IMG/VR virus record: IMGVR_UViG_3300020172_002676
Coordinates: 39,805-103,804 of that record
DNA length: 64,000 bases
DNA from: a virus
Reading direction: 5' to 3' (one strand)
Shown: positions 19,694 through 29,373 of the stretch, piece by piece
Layout: each line of letters begins with the position of its first letter
Position numbering within the stretch: the first letter of the stretch is position 1
The notes under the pieces: generated by a model
What the model saw: the letters and a program-made list of their open reading frames with translations, nothing else
Told to the model about the DNA's origin: nothing
Database searches by the model: none
Program-made: the position numbers and the translations under genes

Positions 19694-21360
19694 CTTTCTT
19701 TTCTTAAACTACCTTCATAGAATTCAAATCTATCGTGTTCTGTTGGAGTTAATAACAAAATACCTGGATTAATATTTCCTTTAACTGTTTCCTGATAACA
19801 ATGAGACATAAGAGTTTGTTCAAATGGATGAGCCCATTTTGTTTCTAAGTAACATTTATAATTACCCGATTTACTTAACACAATTGGCCAGTTGGACAGA
19901 TATATTTCACCATCGGCATAAGGTAATCCCTGATGTATTTTAATGTTTTTAAATTTAGTTCTTGGAGCATTTGGGTCTAAACCTTGAACAGGTAATGATG
20001 ATTTTTCGGGAAATAATTTTATTCTAACATCTTGAGGAACATTATACCACGAAAATTGTATATCATTTGAACCATAAAATTCGGTAAAACTTAATTTTAA
20101 AAAATCAAAATTTTCATTTTTAATTATTTGTAATGTTTTTGTATATAAGTTTGGAACAAATCTATTAAAACCATTTCTACATACTTCACCTTTTTTAAGA
20201 TAAAAAGCCATGTCATCTTCAAACCAATAATAAAAATCTAATCCTGTTTCATCAAAATGTTCTGCAACAAATACTCTACCCCCAACGATTCCTATATTAT
20301 CTTTCTTAATATGTTCAAATCCGTGTTCTTCACAAAGTTCTTTATATCTTGGAGTTGTTGATAGGTCAGTTGAATTATCTAGTAAAAACTTTTTTGGTTT
20401 AAGAATAAAATCTTTATCATATTCCAACATTGACTTTATTAATGTTTCAAATTGGTTTGGACTATTAAAAGTAATAACATAAAGACCAACCTTATTAATA
20501 TCTAAATTATTAACAACAGATATTTTACCTTCAGATTTAACTTTTAATTCATCATTCTTTAAGTCCTCAAAAAATTTACCTATTAATCCATTTGATTCTA
20601 TTTCAAAATAATTTATTAAATCAGAATGTTTATAAGACATAATTGAGAAAATACTTTCTTCAGTTCCCATATATCCTTCATCTAATGTTGATGATAATAA
20701 TCCATAATAAATTGAGTTGATGTCGGTTATTGTATGTTTTGGACCACCAAAAAATCCACCTCTAGCAACTTTAGTTACTTTATCTCCAGCAATTGAATTT
20801 AACTTATTATACTCAAACCCGTGAATTTCGGTTTCGGCTCCGTAAGGAAAACAAATAAATGAAAATTTTGAAATGTATTTAGGTAGTTTTTCTAAAACTT
20901 TATCGTGTGTAAAATATCCTGGATGAACAGTGTTTGTTAATCCCGCATCAATCCAAAACATCATCTCAGAATTAAACGTATCCATAATCTTAGCATCATT
21001 TAGTAAGAATACTTTTGACATTACTAAAGGATTATACATATCTAACCTTGCTTGTGTTGATTCTGATAACCATCCAGCTCGGTTGTACCATTCAGGATTA
21101 TTTCTTATTTCTTGTATTTTATCGTATGGAACCGTTTGTTTAAACCATTCCTGTTGTCTAACAATAAATTGTGTATTTGATTTATCCCTCCTTTCAAAGA
21201 CAAAAGATTCTAATTCGGAATCACCAAAAATAATCATTGGGTTATCAACCTTTAAAAGTTGTTCAAATTTATCTAAATAATGTTGGAATGAACGAGACCA
21301 TCCATCATTAAGTTCGTCTCTTTTAATATTCCAAAGGCCAGTTACTAATGTTATTCCCAT
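19690..21360 (-). CDS. HtrL/YibB-like glycosyltransferase fused to GT-A domain
   Basis: TLVTGLW, YNPLVMSK, WIDAG; second domain LLDNS...WFEDD. Confidence 0.65.
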   Translation of the reverse strand: MGITLVTGLWNIKRDELNDGWSRSFQHYLDKFEQLLKVDNPMIIFGDSELESFVFERRDKSNTQFIVRQQEWFKQTVPYDKIQEIRNNPEWYNRAGWLSESTQARLDMYNPLVMSKVFLLNDAKIMDTFNSEMMFWIDAGLTNTVHPGYFTHDKVLEKLPKYISKFSFICFPYGAETEIHGFEYNKLNSIAGDKVTKVARGGFFGGPKHTITDINSIYYGLLSSTLDEGYMGTEESIFSIMSYKHSDLINYFEIESNGLIGKFFEDLKNDELKVKSEGKISVVNNLDINKVGLYVITFNSPNQFETLIKSMLEYDKDFILKPKKFLLDNSTDLSTTPRYKELCEEHGFEHIKKDNIGIVGGRVFVAEHFDETGLDFYYWFEDDMAFYLKKGEVCRNGFNRFVPNLYTKTLQIIKNENFDFLKLSFTEFYGSNDIQFSWYNVPQDVRIKLFPEKSSLPVQGLDPNAPRTKFKNIKIHQGLPYADGEIYLSNWPIVLSKSGNYKCYLETKWAHPFEQTLMSHCYQETVKGNINPGILLLTPTEHDRFEFYEGSLRKES

Positions 21361-21366
21361 AAATTA

Positions 21367-21993
21367 TTATTTAACTTTACAAACCCATACTGCCTGAGAA
21401 AATTTATCTTGATTATAAGATTTAAGATTGTGTTCAATAACAGATTGTTCAATATCAGATTCGGTTATTTCACACCAATTCCAAATTTTATCTTTAATTT
21501 CTGATTCATAAATTTCTTTACTAACTGAATAGTCATGCGCTAAAATATAATCACAACTTTTAATAAGTTTTGAAAATATTTTAAATTCACCAATTTTCCA
21601 ACCACCATCACATAAAACAATTGTTAAACCATCTTGTTGAACAAAATCAACAACTTCTTGTTTAACACCAGACCAATCTTCATTGAAGATGTTCTCAACT
21701 CTAACGTCAATTCCTTTTTCAACCATTTGTGAATACCACGGTCTTTCAGAAATATCATACGATAAAATCTTAGTGTTTAAGTTTAATTCGTCCGTAATAA
21801 TCTTTAAGAATTCTGTGAATCCACCTAATGCAGTACCAATTTCCAATATTCTTACAGGTCTAACCTCTGAAATAAAATCATAAAAAAGTTGATATACGTT
21901 ATGGCTCTGTTGCGCTGTGTGACCTCTAAAGGCGGATAAACTATCGTTATCCTCTAAATTTGTAAACTTGGTTATATTTTCTTGTATGTTCAT
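21367..21993 (-). CDS. CmcI-like/class I SAM methyltransferase
   Basis: ILEIGTALGG, LCDGG, AHD. Confidence 0.65.
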   Translation of the reverse strand: MNIQENITKFTNLEDNDSLSAFRGHTAQQSHNVYQLFYDFISEVRPVRILEIGTALGGFTEFLKIITDELNLNTKILSYDISERPWYSQMVEKGIDVRVENIFNEDWSGVKQEVVDFVQQDGLTIVLCDGGWKIGEFKIFSKLIKSCDYILAHDYSVSKEIYESEIKDKIWNWCEITESDIEQSVIEHNLKSYNQDKFSQAVWVCKVK

Positions 21994-21995
21994 AA

Positions 21996-22709
21996 TTAAA
22001 ATCTTATATGTAAATTTTCTGCTTTATCTCTAAACTCAAAACAATTTGGTAAAAATCCTCTAAAACTATTCCAATCCCAATTCATTTCAGCCTCTAATGC
22101 TGAGACTCCAATGTCAAATCCATCAGGATAATTTCTAATGTTGTTGTGTATTGAATACCACAAAAATTCTTCCCATCGTCTAACAAAGTATCTAAATTTC
22201 CAATTATTTCTAAAAACCATAAATTGTTCGTTTACTACGTGAGCTTCATCCCATTTTGTATGTTCAAATACTTGATAATCGTATAACTTTCTATCAAAAA
22301 AACAATTACTCATATCTTTTTTATGGTCACCAATTTTTGATGGTCGTTCAAATAAAAAATCTAAATTATTATTTTCCATGTGTTTAAACAAATTAAATAA
22401 TTTATCTTCACTGAAATTTTCAGTTATTCGCCAATCGGCGTCATTGTAGATAATATAATCATAACCCTTATCTAAACAATATTTTAACGATAAAACTTTT
22501 AAATTGAGAAAAAAAGAAAACCCTGGATTACCGTCGTCATATCTATCTAATTTAAATAAATCTAAATTCACTTTAGTCCCCACTTCACAATTTTCATTTG
22601 TGGTAATGTTAAAATCCGCAGAACAAATCTCACTGTATTTTGTGTAACATTCAGAGGCATTTTTAAGGTAAGAGTCTCCAACGGCTAATGTTGTAAAAAT
22701 ATATTTCAT
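21996..22709 (-). CDS. Putative glycosyltransferase (GT-A, DxD)
   Basis: FTTLAVG..Y, IIYNDADW; glycan island context. Confidence 0.5.
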   Translation of the reverse strand: MKYIFTTLAVGDSYLKNASECYTKYSEICSADFNITTNENCEVGTKVNLDLFKLDRYDDGNPGFSFFLNLKVLSLKYCLDKGYDYIIYNDADWRITENFSEDKLFNLFKHMENNNLDFLFERPSKIGDHKKDMSNCFFDRKLYDYQVFEHTKWDEAHVVNEQFMVFRNNWKFRYFVRRWEEFLWYSIHNNIRNYPDGFDIGVSALEAEMNWDWNSFRGFLPNCFEFRDKAENLHIRF

Positions 22710-23692
22710 TAAGATTCAATAATTTTTTCTAAAAAGTTAAGTGTATAATCAAACTCGTAATAATCGGGTAATTTGTTATCAACAAAGATTGGAGATTCAA
22801 TATAACGTTTGTATAAAATTTCATTATTATCAATCTCTTTAACTAAAGATAAAAAATCATTTAAATCTGTAAAGTCATGTAAATTAATAAAACTTTCAGG
22901 ATTAAACCCTTCTTCTAAAATATATTTGTTACCAAAAAATATTGGTATTGTGCCACTGAAAAATGCGTGATATAGTTTTTCTTGTAAAATATAATCAGTG
23001 TTAGTATAATGGATGGACATGTTAAATTTATATTTTTGAAATAACCCTATTTTTTCCCTGTAGGTTAATCCATCAATACGTCCAGTATAAACCGAATTTT
23101 GCCATTGATATTTATTTAATGTGTCATTACCATGTAATGTTTGTCTCCAAGGACCAGAAGAACTCACTTCTTTATATTCAGATAGTTTATCAAAAATTTG
23201 ACCCCTAAAATCATTATTTGATGCTTGAGTAACGGAACAAAACCCTAAATTCCTTTTGGATATTACATTAAAATTTCTTTCTTGCGTTAACCAACTTAAT
23301 GGGCTATCAACTAATCTCGCTTCATCATATAATGTCCAAACATCAAAAACACCTGAGGGTTGTCTTAAATATCTTTCATGTTCAAGTTTATTATACCCTA
23401 ACGCCCATTGATTATCGTTTGAATTTATTGGTGAACTAAAATCGGCAACCTCACCTGAAACATAGATAAATTTTTTATTTCTATCTGATTGATTATGTTT
23501 TGTGGGTAATTGACCTGTATAAGTGTCTATTTGATTTTCATTGTAATTTAAGTCTGAATGTATTACAATGTCGGGATTTATTGGGTCAATAATAACATTA
23601 TATTTTTTAGATAAGATAAACTTGAAATAGTTCATCCAACTATGTTGTCCAATGTTTGGAAATCCTTGTCTGGTTATTCTAACGGTTTTCAT
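22709..23692 (-). CDS. GT10 alpha-1,3/4-fucosyltransferase-like
   Basis: FCS...SN, YKFNMS...TDYILQEKLYHAF.SGTIPIFFG, FNPESFIN. Confidence 0.8.
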   Translation of the reverse strand: MKTVRITRQGFPNIGQHSWMNYFKFILSKKYNVIIDPINPDIVIHSDLNYNENQIDTYTGQLPTKHNQSDRNKKFIYVSGEVADFSSPINSNDNQWALGYNKLEHERYLRQPSGVFDVWTLYDEARLVDSPLSWLTQERNFNVISKRNLGFCSVTQASNNDFRGQIFDKLSEYKEVSSSGPWRQTLHGNDTLNKYQWQNSVYTGRIDGLTYREKIGLFQKYKFNMSIHYTNTDYILQEKLYHAFFSGTIPIFFGNKYILEEGFNPESFINLHDFTDLNDFLSLVKEIDNNEILYKRYIESPIFVDNKLPDYYEFDYTLNFLEKIIES

Positions 23693-24383
23693 TCAAAATT
23701 TGTGTTAATTTAATTGTATTTTCATTATGTGGGCCATTATCGTGTATAATATACGCACCCAATTCTAAAAGTGAAATTTTAGAACCATCTATTTTAACAT
23801 TATCTTTTGTATCTAAAGTGCTAAAAAAGAAATCACGTTCTTGGTCAATTATGATATCATCATTCAATAGATATTGTATTGACCATCTACCTTGGTCGTC
23901 AATTCCAGTTTGATATTCTTTTTCAATAATATCTTTTAAGTGATAAACTATTTTATCTGTATATCCAAAATAAGTACCCGAATTCAAATATTTACTATCA
24001 TTAATCATTCTTTTTTTCTCATATAAATGAGTGTAATTTGTTGGTGGCCATAAACCTTTTTCAGCCCCCATAACAATACTACAATTTAATGATTTGAAAT
24101 TTTCTATAATACCTTCGGGTGATTTTATAAAATTGGTATCAGTTGCATCTAAAAATAAAATATAATCATATTTTCCAACAATATTTGATTCAATATATTC
24201 TAACACTTTAACCGTTTTGTAAAAAAACAATTTATCGTAATAAGAACCGTTTGTGATTAAACCAGAATTTCTCACAATATGAATATCTTCGGGTGAAAAA
24301 TACTTCAGAGAGTTTTTATAAAAAGTTGGTTCATAATAATCAGGATAATCAAATAAAGCGGTTATCAGTGCAACATTTCGCAT
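23679..24383 (-). CDS. PLOD (procollagen GT domain)-like glycosyltransferase
   Basis: FLDATD, GAEKGLWP, YLNSGTYFG, DDQ, H.NG motifs of the PLOD GT domain. Confidence 0.7.
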   Translation of the reverse strand: MRNVALITALFDYPDYYEPTFYKNSLKYFSPEDIHIVRNSGLITNGSYYDKLFFYKTVKVLEYIESNIVGKYDYILFLDATDTNFIKSPEGIIENFKSLNCSIVMGAEKGLWPPTNYTHLYEKKRMINDSKYLNSGTYFGYTDKIVYHLKDIIEKEYQTGIDDQGRWSIQYLLNDDIIIDQERDFFFSTLDTKDNVKIDGSKISLLELGAYIIHDNGPHNENTIKLTQILNENR

Positions 24384-24384
24384 A

Positions 24385-25023
24385 TTAATTAGTTGATAAT
24401 TGTTTATAAAATTCTCTTATTAAATCATCATCGCTGTGAAATATATTGTCTTGTGCAAAAAATTTGTAAGGAATTTCATCTTCCCAAAAAATAACAAGTT
24501 CTTTACCTAAATAAGTTTTTAACATTTCATCAGATTCTTCACAAACTTCAATAAACGAGAATTTAGGGTATATACAAACTATATTATCTTTTACGTCAAT
24601 GATTTGTTTGTGGTGAGCATTACCTCTATATTTATTACCCCACAAAAAAGTAAACTCATCAAATTTAGAAGGAATTGCAATATAACCCCTTTTAGATATT
24701 TTTGGTAACAAATCTAATAATTCGGTTGGTGTTATAACATCTTCTAATGTATGAGAACAAATGCTATAGTCAAACTTACCATTTTGTTCTACATAGTCCA
24801 ATAATTCAGACCAAGTGTTTTTGTTTTGAATATTAAAATCAAAAAATTTTACACCTTCTTCTTGGATTTTAACTATATCCGCAACAAATTTACATTCGGG
24901 GTAAGACCAAAATTGTAAAGATGCACCAACGTCAATTGTTTTATAGTTATTATCTGAGATTGTTTTTTTTACTTGACCTGTCAAATTTTTGACGGTTTGA
25001 TTATATTGCCAGTTTGTTATCAT
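24385..25023 (-). CDS. Class I SAM methyltransferase-like
   Basis: IDVGAS, FDYSICSHTLED. Confidence 0.6.
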   Translation of the reverse strand: MITNWQYNQTVKNLTGQVKKTISDNNYKTIDVGASLQFWSYPECKFVADIVKIQEEGVKFFDFNIQNKNTWSELLDYVEQNGKFDYSICSHTLEDVITPTELLDLLPKISKRGYIAIPSKFDEFTFLWGNKYRGNAHHKQIIDVKDNIVCIYPKFSFIEVCEESDEMLKTYLGKELVIFWEDEIPYKFFAQDNIFHSDDDLIREFYKQLSTN

Positions 25024-25630
25024 AATTTTTATTTAAGAATAGAATATCTTGTTGGATTAATTCATATGTTAATGGGTGGTTAATATTTCCAATATGTGCT
25101 ATAGGAGTAAACCCTAACTTGTCCATGTAATCATAAACAAATTCTTTTGTTGGTGCCTTTTGATTGTATTCAACTAATGAAATTTCCATTAGAATACCTT
25201 TTGCCCTTTTGAAGATATCTAAACCACCGTTTATAATATCAATTTCAGAACCTTGTACATCAATTTTAATTAAATCAAATGATTGATTATTTAGAAGGTT
25301 AGAAAGAGTTTTTGTTTGTTTTTTTTCAATAATGATTTGGTCATCATCATAAAAAGAAGTATTTTCACGATAAATGGAATTTCCAGTACACCTTGGTTCA
25401 TTTTTTCTAATATAAAAATCAACATCCTTTTCAATATCGCTTAATAGACAAATTGAATAGTCAACGTTTAATGTTTCTAAAACCACTTCACAACTTTCAC
25501 TACCCTCAATTAAATAGTAATATGAATTTGGAAAAATGTTTTTAATTTCGTTATAAAACTGTCCAACATTTGCACCAATATCCAAAATTGATTTTGGTTC
25601 AAAATATGTTTTAATTTTTTCTAAACTCAT
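25001..25630 (-). CDS. FkbM-family methyltransferase
   Basis: ILDIGANVG, IKIDVQGSE, QQDILF. Confidence 0.88.
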   Translation of the reverse strand: MSLEKIKTYFEPKSILDIGANVGQFYNEIKNIFPNSYYYLIEGSESCEVVLETLNVDYSICLLSDIEKDVDFYIRKNEPRCTGNSIYRENTSFYDDDQIIIEKKQTKTLSNLLNNQSFDLIKIDVQGSEIDIINGGLDIFKRAKGILMEISLVEYNQKAPTKEFVYDYMDKLGFTPIAHIGNINHPLTYELIQQDILFLNKNYDNKLAI

Positions 25631-25632
25631 TT

Positions 25633-26190
25633 TTAATTAAAGTATACAACCCCAGTTCCTGTTGAATGTCCGATATTAGTTATGTCATATTTTTCTTGAC
25701 TGATTGAACCCCAAAATTTTTCCATTTCAAAATTCAAATGAATATCATCTAACAATAAGTAACCTTTGTATCCAATTGATACTAAATGATTAACAAATTG
25801 TTCTTCAAATACTCCGTCATGATATGTGTCTAACATAATATATTTTGAACTTAAAATAATATCTTTGTAATTTTCGTTAATCACATTATCAATAATAAAC
25901 TCAACATTGTTAGGTAATAAATTTAAATCAAGTTCATTACCCACATTAAATGAACGAACCTTGTTTGAATGATTCACGGAAAATGCTAGTGCCGAACAAC
26001 CCTTAAGAGTACCAATATCAAGGATATCTACTAAATTATCATTTTGGGAAATGTGTACCAAAAGTCTATAATGTTCTTGTCCTGATTTGGATATAAAATA
26101 CTCTTGATATTCTAAAGAATTAATTCTTTGTGAGTGTGGAAACAAATCTATGTTGTCCAATTGTTCATTTGTTATAGTTAAAAAATCCAT
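25633..26190 (-). CDS. Class I SAM methyltransferase (Methyltransf_24-like)
   Basis: LDIGT.KG.S, LD..HDG, LLDDI, GH.TGTG. Confidence 0.7.
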   Translation of the reverse strand: MDFLTITNEQLDNIDLFPHSQRINSLEYQEYFISKSGQEHYRLLVHISQNDNLVDILDIGTLKGCSALAFSVNHSNKVRSFNVGNELDLNLLPNNVEFIIDNVINENYKDIILSSKYIMLDTYHDGVFEEQFVNHLVSIGYKGYLLLDDIHLNFEMEKFWGSISQEKYDITNIGHSTGTGVVYFN

Positions 26191-26202
26191 ATTAATATAT
26201 AG

Positions 26203-27471
26203 TTAGCTTACTGCGTTATGGTTTAATTGTCCTGTTATTCTATCACACCAACCTTTTGATTCTGAGTGAGGCCAAACAACCCAATGTGTTGGTAATTCAT
26301 CTGTTTGAAAATCCCTCCACACTTTACAATACTTATCAGGGTCTCTCATAAATCCTGCAATTTCATTTTTATCAGCATCTTTACGGAATAATGTTTTATC
26401 ATCTTTACCGTGGAAAGCAACAACCCAAAAGTCATAATCGGTTTCAGGTACTTGAGAATATCCAATATCAATACAATGTTTGAATATCATACAGAAACTG
26501 TCTTTCCATTCTTGTTCCGTTTCAAAATTATAAGGATTTGGTGGATAATTTTTATCTAATGTGTATTTATCAATTGCTCTTTTTTCAAATAAGATTCCTG
26601 AATATTTTTCATATTCTGTTAAAGTTCTAACGGTTCCAAAACCATAAGGACCATCATGCCCCTCCTGAGTTTCACCATCCATACCAAATAATTTTCTATT
26701 TGTTAAATGTGAGTGACTATTCTTTTGTCCCCAAGTTTTATCATCATCCCATTGTTTTGTTCTACCTTTACGGGTGTATTCGTGATAAACAACAGGAATG
26801 TGTGGATGGAACAAATCGTAACCCCAAGTGTAAGCTCTTGCCGCAATAGAGATTTCTTCTCCGTGAAAATAATATTCAGGGTTGTGTTGAACTTCAGTTG
26901 AGAACTGTCCTAATGTAAAACAGAAGTGAGCAGAATAGAATCTTGATGTTACAGGTTTTTTCATTTCTCTCCAACCTGGAATTGTTTCAGGTAAAAAGAA
27001 TACGGCTCCTTCGGGAATGAATCTATCAAACGCCATTCTCCAAGCTTCTTGTGAACGACCTGCTGGGTCATTGTCAGGGTCAAAAGATGGTACATAACCC
27101 GTAAGTAGAGGCTTCTTGTACCCATCTTTTTGTAGACCCTTAATCATCTTGATTAAGATATCATCCCAATCTTTGATAAATCTCATATGTGAATCTATCT
27201 GTAATGTATAGGTTTCACCTTTATAAAGTTGTTGAACTTGATGTCTTGCCCAACAAACTCCTTTGGCGTCTTGATAAGGAATGTCTAAGATTCTAAATCT
27301 TTTGTCATCCCTGTATTCGTCTAAGTTATCAAACCCATCTTCAGGGTTATATTGTCTTGCAATACCAAAGATTAGGTTATTTGGTTTTTTTGCGTTCTCC
27401 AACATATTTTTAATGGTTGGAACCAATTGTGGGTCACGATAGCTTGCGCATTGTATAAATATTTTGCTCAT
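26203..27471 (-). CDS. GT60-type polypeptide/hydroxyproline N-acetylglucosaminyltransferase
   Basis: IFIQCASYRD, GVCWAR, QIDSHMRF..WD, FHGEE, HEY motifs of the Skp1-GlcNAcT/GT60 family. Confidence 0.8.
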   Translation of the reverse strand: MSKIFIQCASYRDPQLVPTIKNMLENAKKPNNLIFGIARQYNPEDGFDNLDEYRDDKRFRILDIPYQDAKGVCWARHQVQQLYKGETYTLQIDSHMRFIKDWDDILIKMIKGLQKDGYKKPLLTGYVPSFDPDNDPAGRSQEAWRMAFDRFIPEGAVFFLPETIPGWREMKKPVTSRFYSAHFCFTLGQFSTEVQHNPEYYFHGEEISIAARAYTWGYDLFHPHIPVVYHEYTRKGRTKQWDDDKTWGQKNSHSHLTNRKLFGMDGETQEGHDGPYGFGTVRTLTEYEKYSGILFEKRAIDKYTLDKNYPPNPYNFETEQEWKDSFCMIFKHCIDIGYSQVPETDYDFWVVAFHGKDDKTLFRKDADKNEIAGFMRDPDKYCKVWRDFQTDELPTHWVVWPHSESKGWCDRITGQLNHNAVS

Positions 27472-27500
27472 TTAATTAAAAGATATTTAACTTAAAAATA

Positions 27501-27532
27501 AAAAACCCTCCACAAAGGTGAAGGGTTTTTTT
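27501..27532. terminator. Bidirectional intrinsic terminator between mucin-like genes and GT operon
   Basis: AAAAACCCTCCAC-AAAG-GTGAAGGGTTTTT with A/T runs on both sides. Confidence 0.7.
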
Positions 27533-27554
27533 AAAATATATTTGTAGTATTTTT

Positions 27555-28769
27555 TTAAATACATCCTGCTGGACTTGAAGAACTAATTTGACCTGCTCCA
27601 CCTGTTACTTCATACCAAGCAGTTCCGTTAGAGTAGTAACCATTTGCCACTGGTATTGTTAATGCGGTATTAACATATAAGTATTCGCCAGTATTTGGAC
27701 CAACTCCACCCGCAACCGTACCATAAATTGTGCTAGGTGATACACCAAAATCAACACAAGCATCATTTGATGTTTCACCCGTACCTAAACTATAAGTGTA
27801 ATAACCAATTGTTGGTGTCGGTGTATTAGTTGGTGTTACACTTGGTGTATTAGTTGGTGTCTTAGTTGGTGTTATAGTTGGAGTTACCGTACTTGTTGGT
27901 GTATTAGTTGTGGTAACCGAAGGTGTAGGTGTTTGAGTTGGTGTTACACTTGGTGTATTAGTTGGTGTTGTTGTATTTGTTGGTGTATTAGTTGGTGTTG
28001 ATGTTGGTGTTTGAGTTGGTAATACTGAACATAAACCATAGATGCCTGTTGTTAAAGTACCGTCTGAATTTAATTGAATATATTGTCCACCAAAGCTATA
28101 GAATCCTGACATATTATCTGAAAATAATACAATACCATTTGGATTATTATAGAATTGAGTATTGGCATCAAACGATACGTTTTCACCATAAATAGTTCCT
28201 GAACCACCAAAGCCATTACATGCATTATATGCCGTTGAGCCTGAATAAACAAAAAATGAATCAAGTGCGTTTGTTGGTGTAACAGTCGGTGTTGGTGTGT
28301 TAGTTGGTGTTGAGGTATTAGTTGCGGTATTAGTTGGTGTGTTAGTTGCTGTATTAGTTGGTGTATTAGTTACTGTATTAGTTGGTGTAACAGTATTTGT
28401 TGGTGTCGGTGTTGGTGTTTTAGTTGCGGTATTAGTTGGTGTTACACTTGGTGTTACACTTGGTGTTACAGTATTTGTTGGTGTTGGTGTGGGTGTTTTA
28501 GTATTTGTTGGTGTAACAGTTGGTGTTACAGTATTAGTTGGTGTATTGCTTGGTGTTGGTATAAAAGGAAAAGCTCCGTCATTAACCAATACAACGTTAT
28601 TAACATAGAATGAAGATATTGAATATGTCCCATCTATTAACCAAATATTTTTTGTTTGATTTGATAATAATTCAACTTGGTATTGCCACATTGAATCATC
28701 ACATCTTCTATAATTGAAGGTTGTTATTGTTGTACCCGTATTTGTTAAGGTATATTTGCTACATGCCAT
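27555..28769 (-). CDS. Mucin-like modular protein: Cys N-domain, TP repeat, domain, TP repeat, domain
   Basis: Two long Thr/Pro/Asn tracts separating small Cys-bounded beta domains; no signal peptide. Confidence 0.8.
   Translation of the reverse strand: MACSKYTLTNTGTTITTFNYRRCDDSMWQYQVELLSNQTKNIWLIDGTYSISSFYVNNVVLVNDGAFPFIPTPSNTPTNTVTPTVTPTNTKTPTPTPTNTVTPSVTPSVTPTNTATKTPTPTPTNTVTPTNTVTNTPTNTATNTPTNTATNTSTPTNTPTPTVTPTNALDSFFVYSGSTAYNACNGFGGSGTIYGENVSFDANTQFYNNPNGIVLFSDNMSGFYSFGGQYIQLNSDGTLTTGIYGLCSVLPTQTPTSTPTNTPTNTTTPTNTPSVTPTQTPTPSVTTTNTPTSTVTPTITPTKTPTNTPSVTPTNTPTPTIGYYTYSLGTGETSNDACVDFGVSPSTIYGTVAGGVGPNTGEYLYVNTALTIPVANGYYSNGTAWYEVTGGAGQISSSSPAGCI
27811..28020 (-). repeat. Coding Thr-Pro repeat tract
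   Basis: Degenerate (ACACCA/ACTAAT)n encoding [13 protein letters not shown]...; boundaries approximate. Confidence 0.85.
28271..28560 (-). repeat. Coding Thr-Pro repeat tract
   Basis: [23 protein letters not shown]...; boundaries approximate. Confidence 0.85.
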
Positions 28770-28813
28770 AATAATTTATATTTAACAATAAATATACATT
28801 AAAATAAAAAAAC

Positions 28814-29371
28814 TTAACACACCCCAATATTAATTATTAAAGTCCCACTAAGTTGTATAAAATAACTTCCATTTGATATGGTAAAATTAGCATTTACAGG
28901 TGGTATTAATAATGATGAGTTACCAAATACATTATCGCCAGGAACTAAACGATTAAATGGTTTTGTTGTATAGATTGTTACATTTGATGGTGTACCAAAA
29001 TTGGTTGATTCACAAACATCTTCATAATACCCACCTGTCCATAAATTATACCTATAAATAATGGTTGGTGTTGTACTTGGAGTTGGTGTTGGTGTTGGTG
29101 TGACAGGTGTTGGTGTAGGTGTTGGAGTTACAGGAGTTTGTGTTGGAGTCGGAGTTAACGTAGGTGTTGGTGTATTTGATGGACATAGTCCCATATTGGC
29201 AACATCAAGAGGTGCTCCATAGTATTCAACAAATACATTATCGGCACAAACATATTGTGTTTGAAGTGTGGGAATGGTTGATATTGTAATATTACCCGTA
29301 CAACCAGTCCAACTATAATATCCCTCTTGGACATTATTATAATTTATTATTCTATAGTAATTACAACTCAT
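28814..29371 (-). CDS. Mucin-like modular protein, paralog of 27555..28769
   Basis: Same M(A/S)C..Y...N N-domain, (TP)n linker, C-domain ending SNG..Y/F...G...C. Confidence 0.75.
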   Translation of the reverse strand: MSCNYYRIINYNNVQEGYYSWTGCTGNITISTIPTLQTQYVCADNVFVEYYGAPLDVANMGLCPSNTPTPTLTPTPTQTPVTPTPTPTPVTPTPTPTPSTTPTIIYRYNLWTGGYYEDVCESTNFGTPSNVTIYTTKPFNRLVPGDNVFGNSSLLIPPVNANFTISNGSYFIQLSGTLIINIGVC

Positions 29372-29373
29372 TC

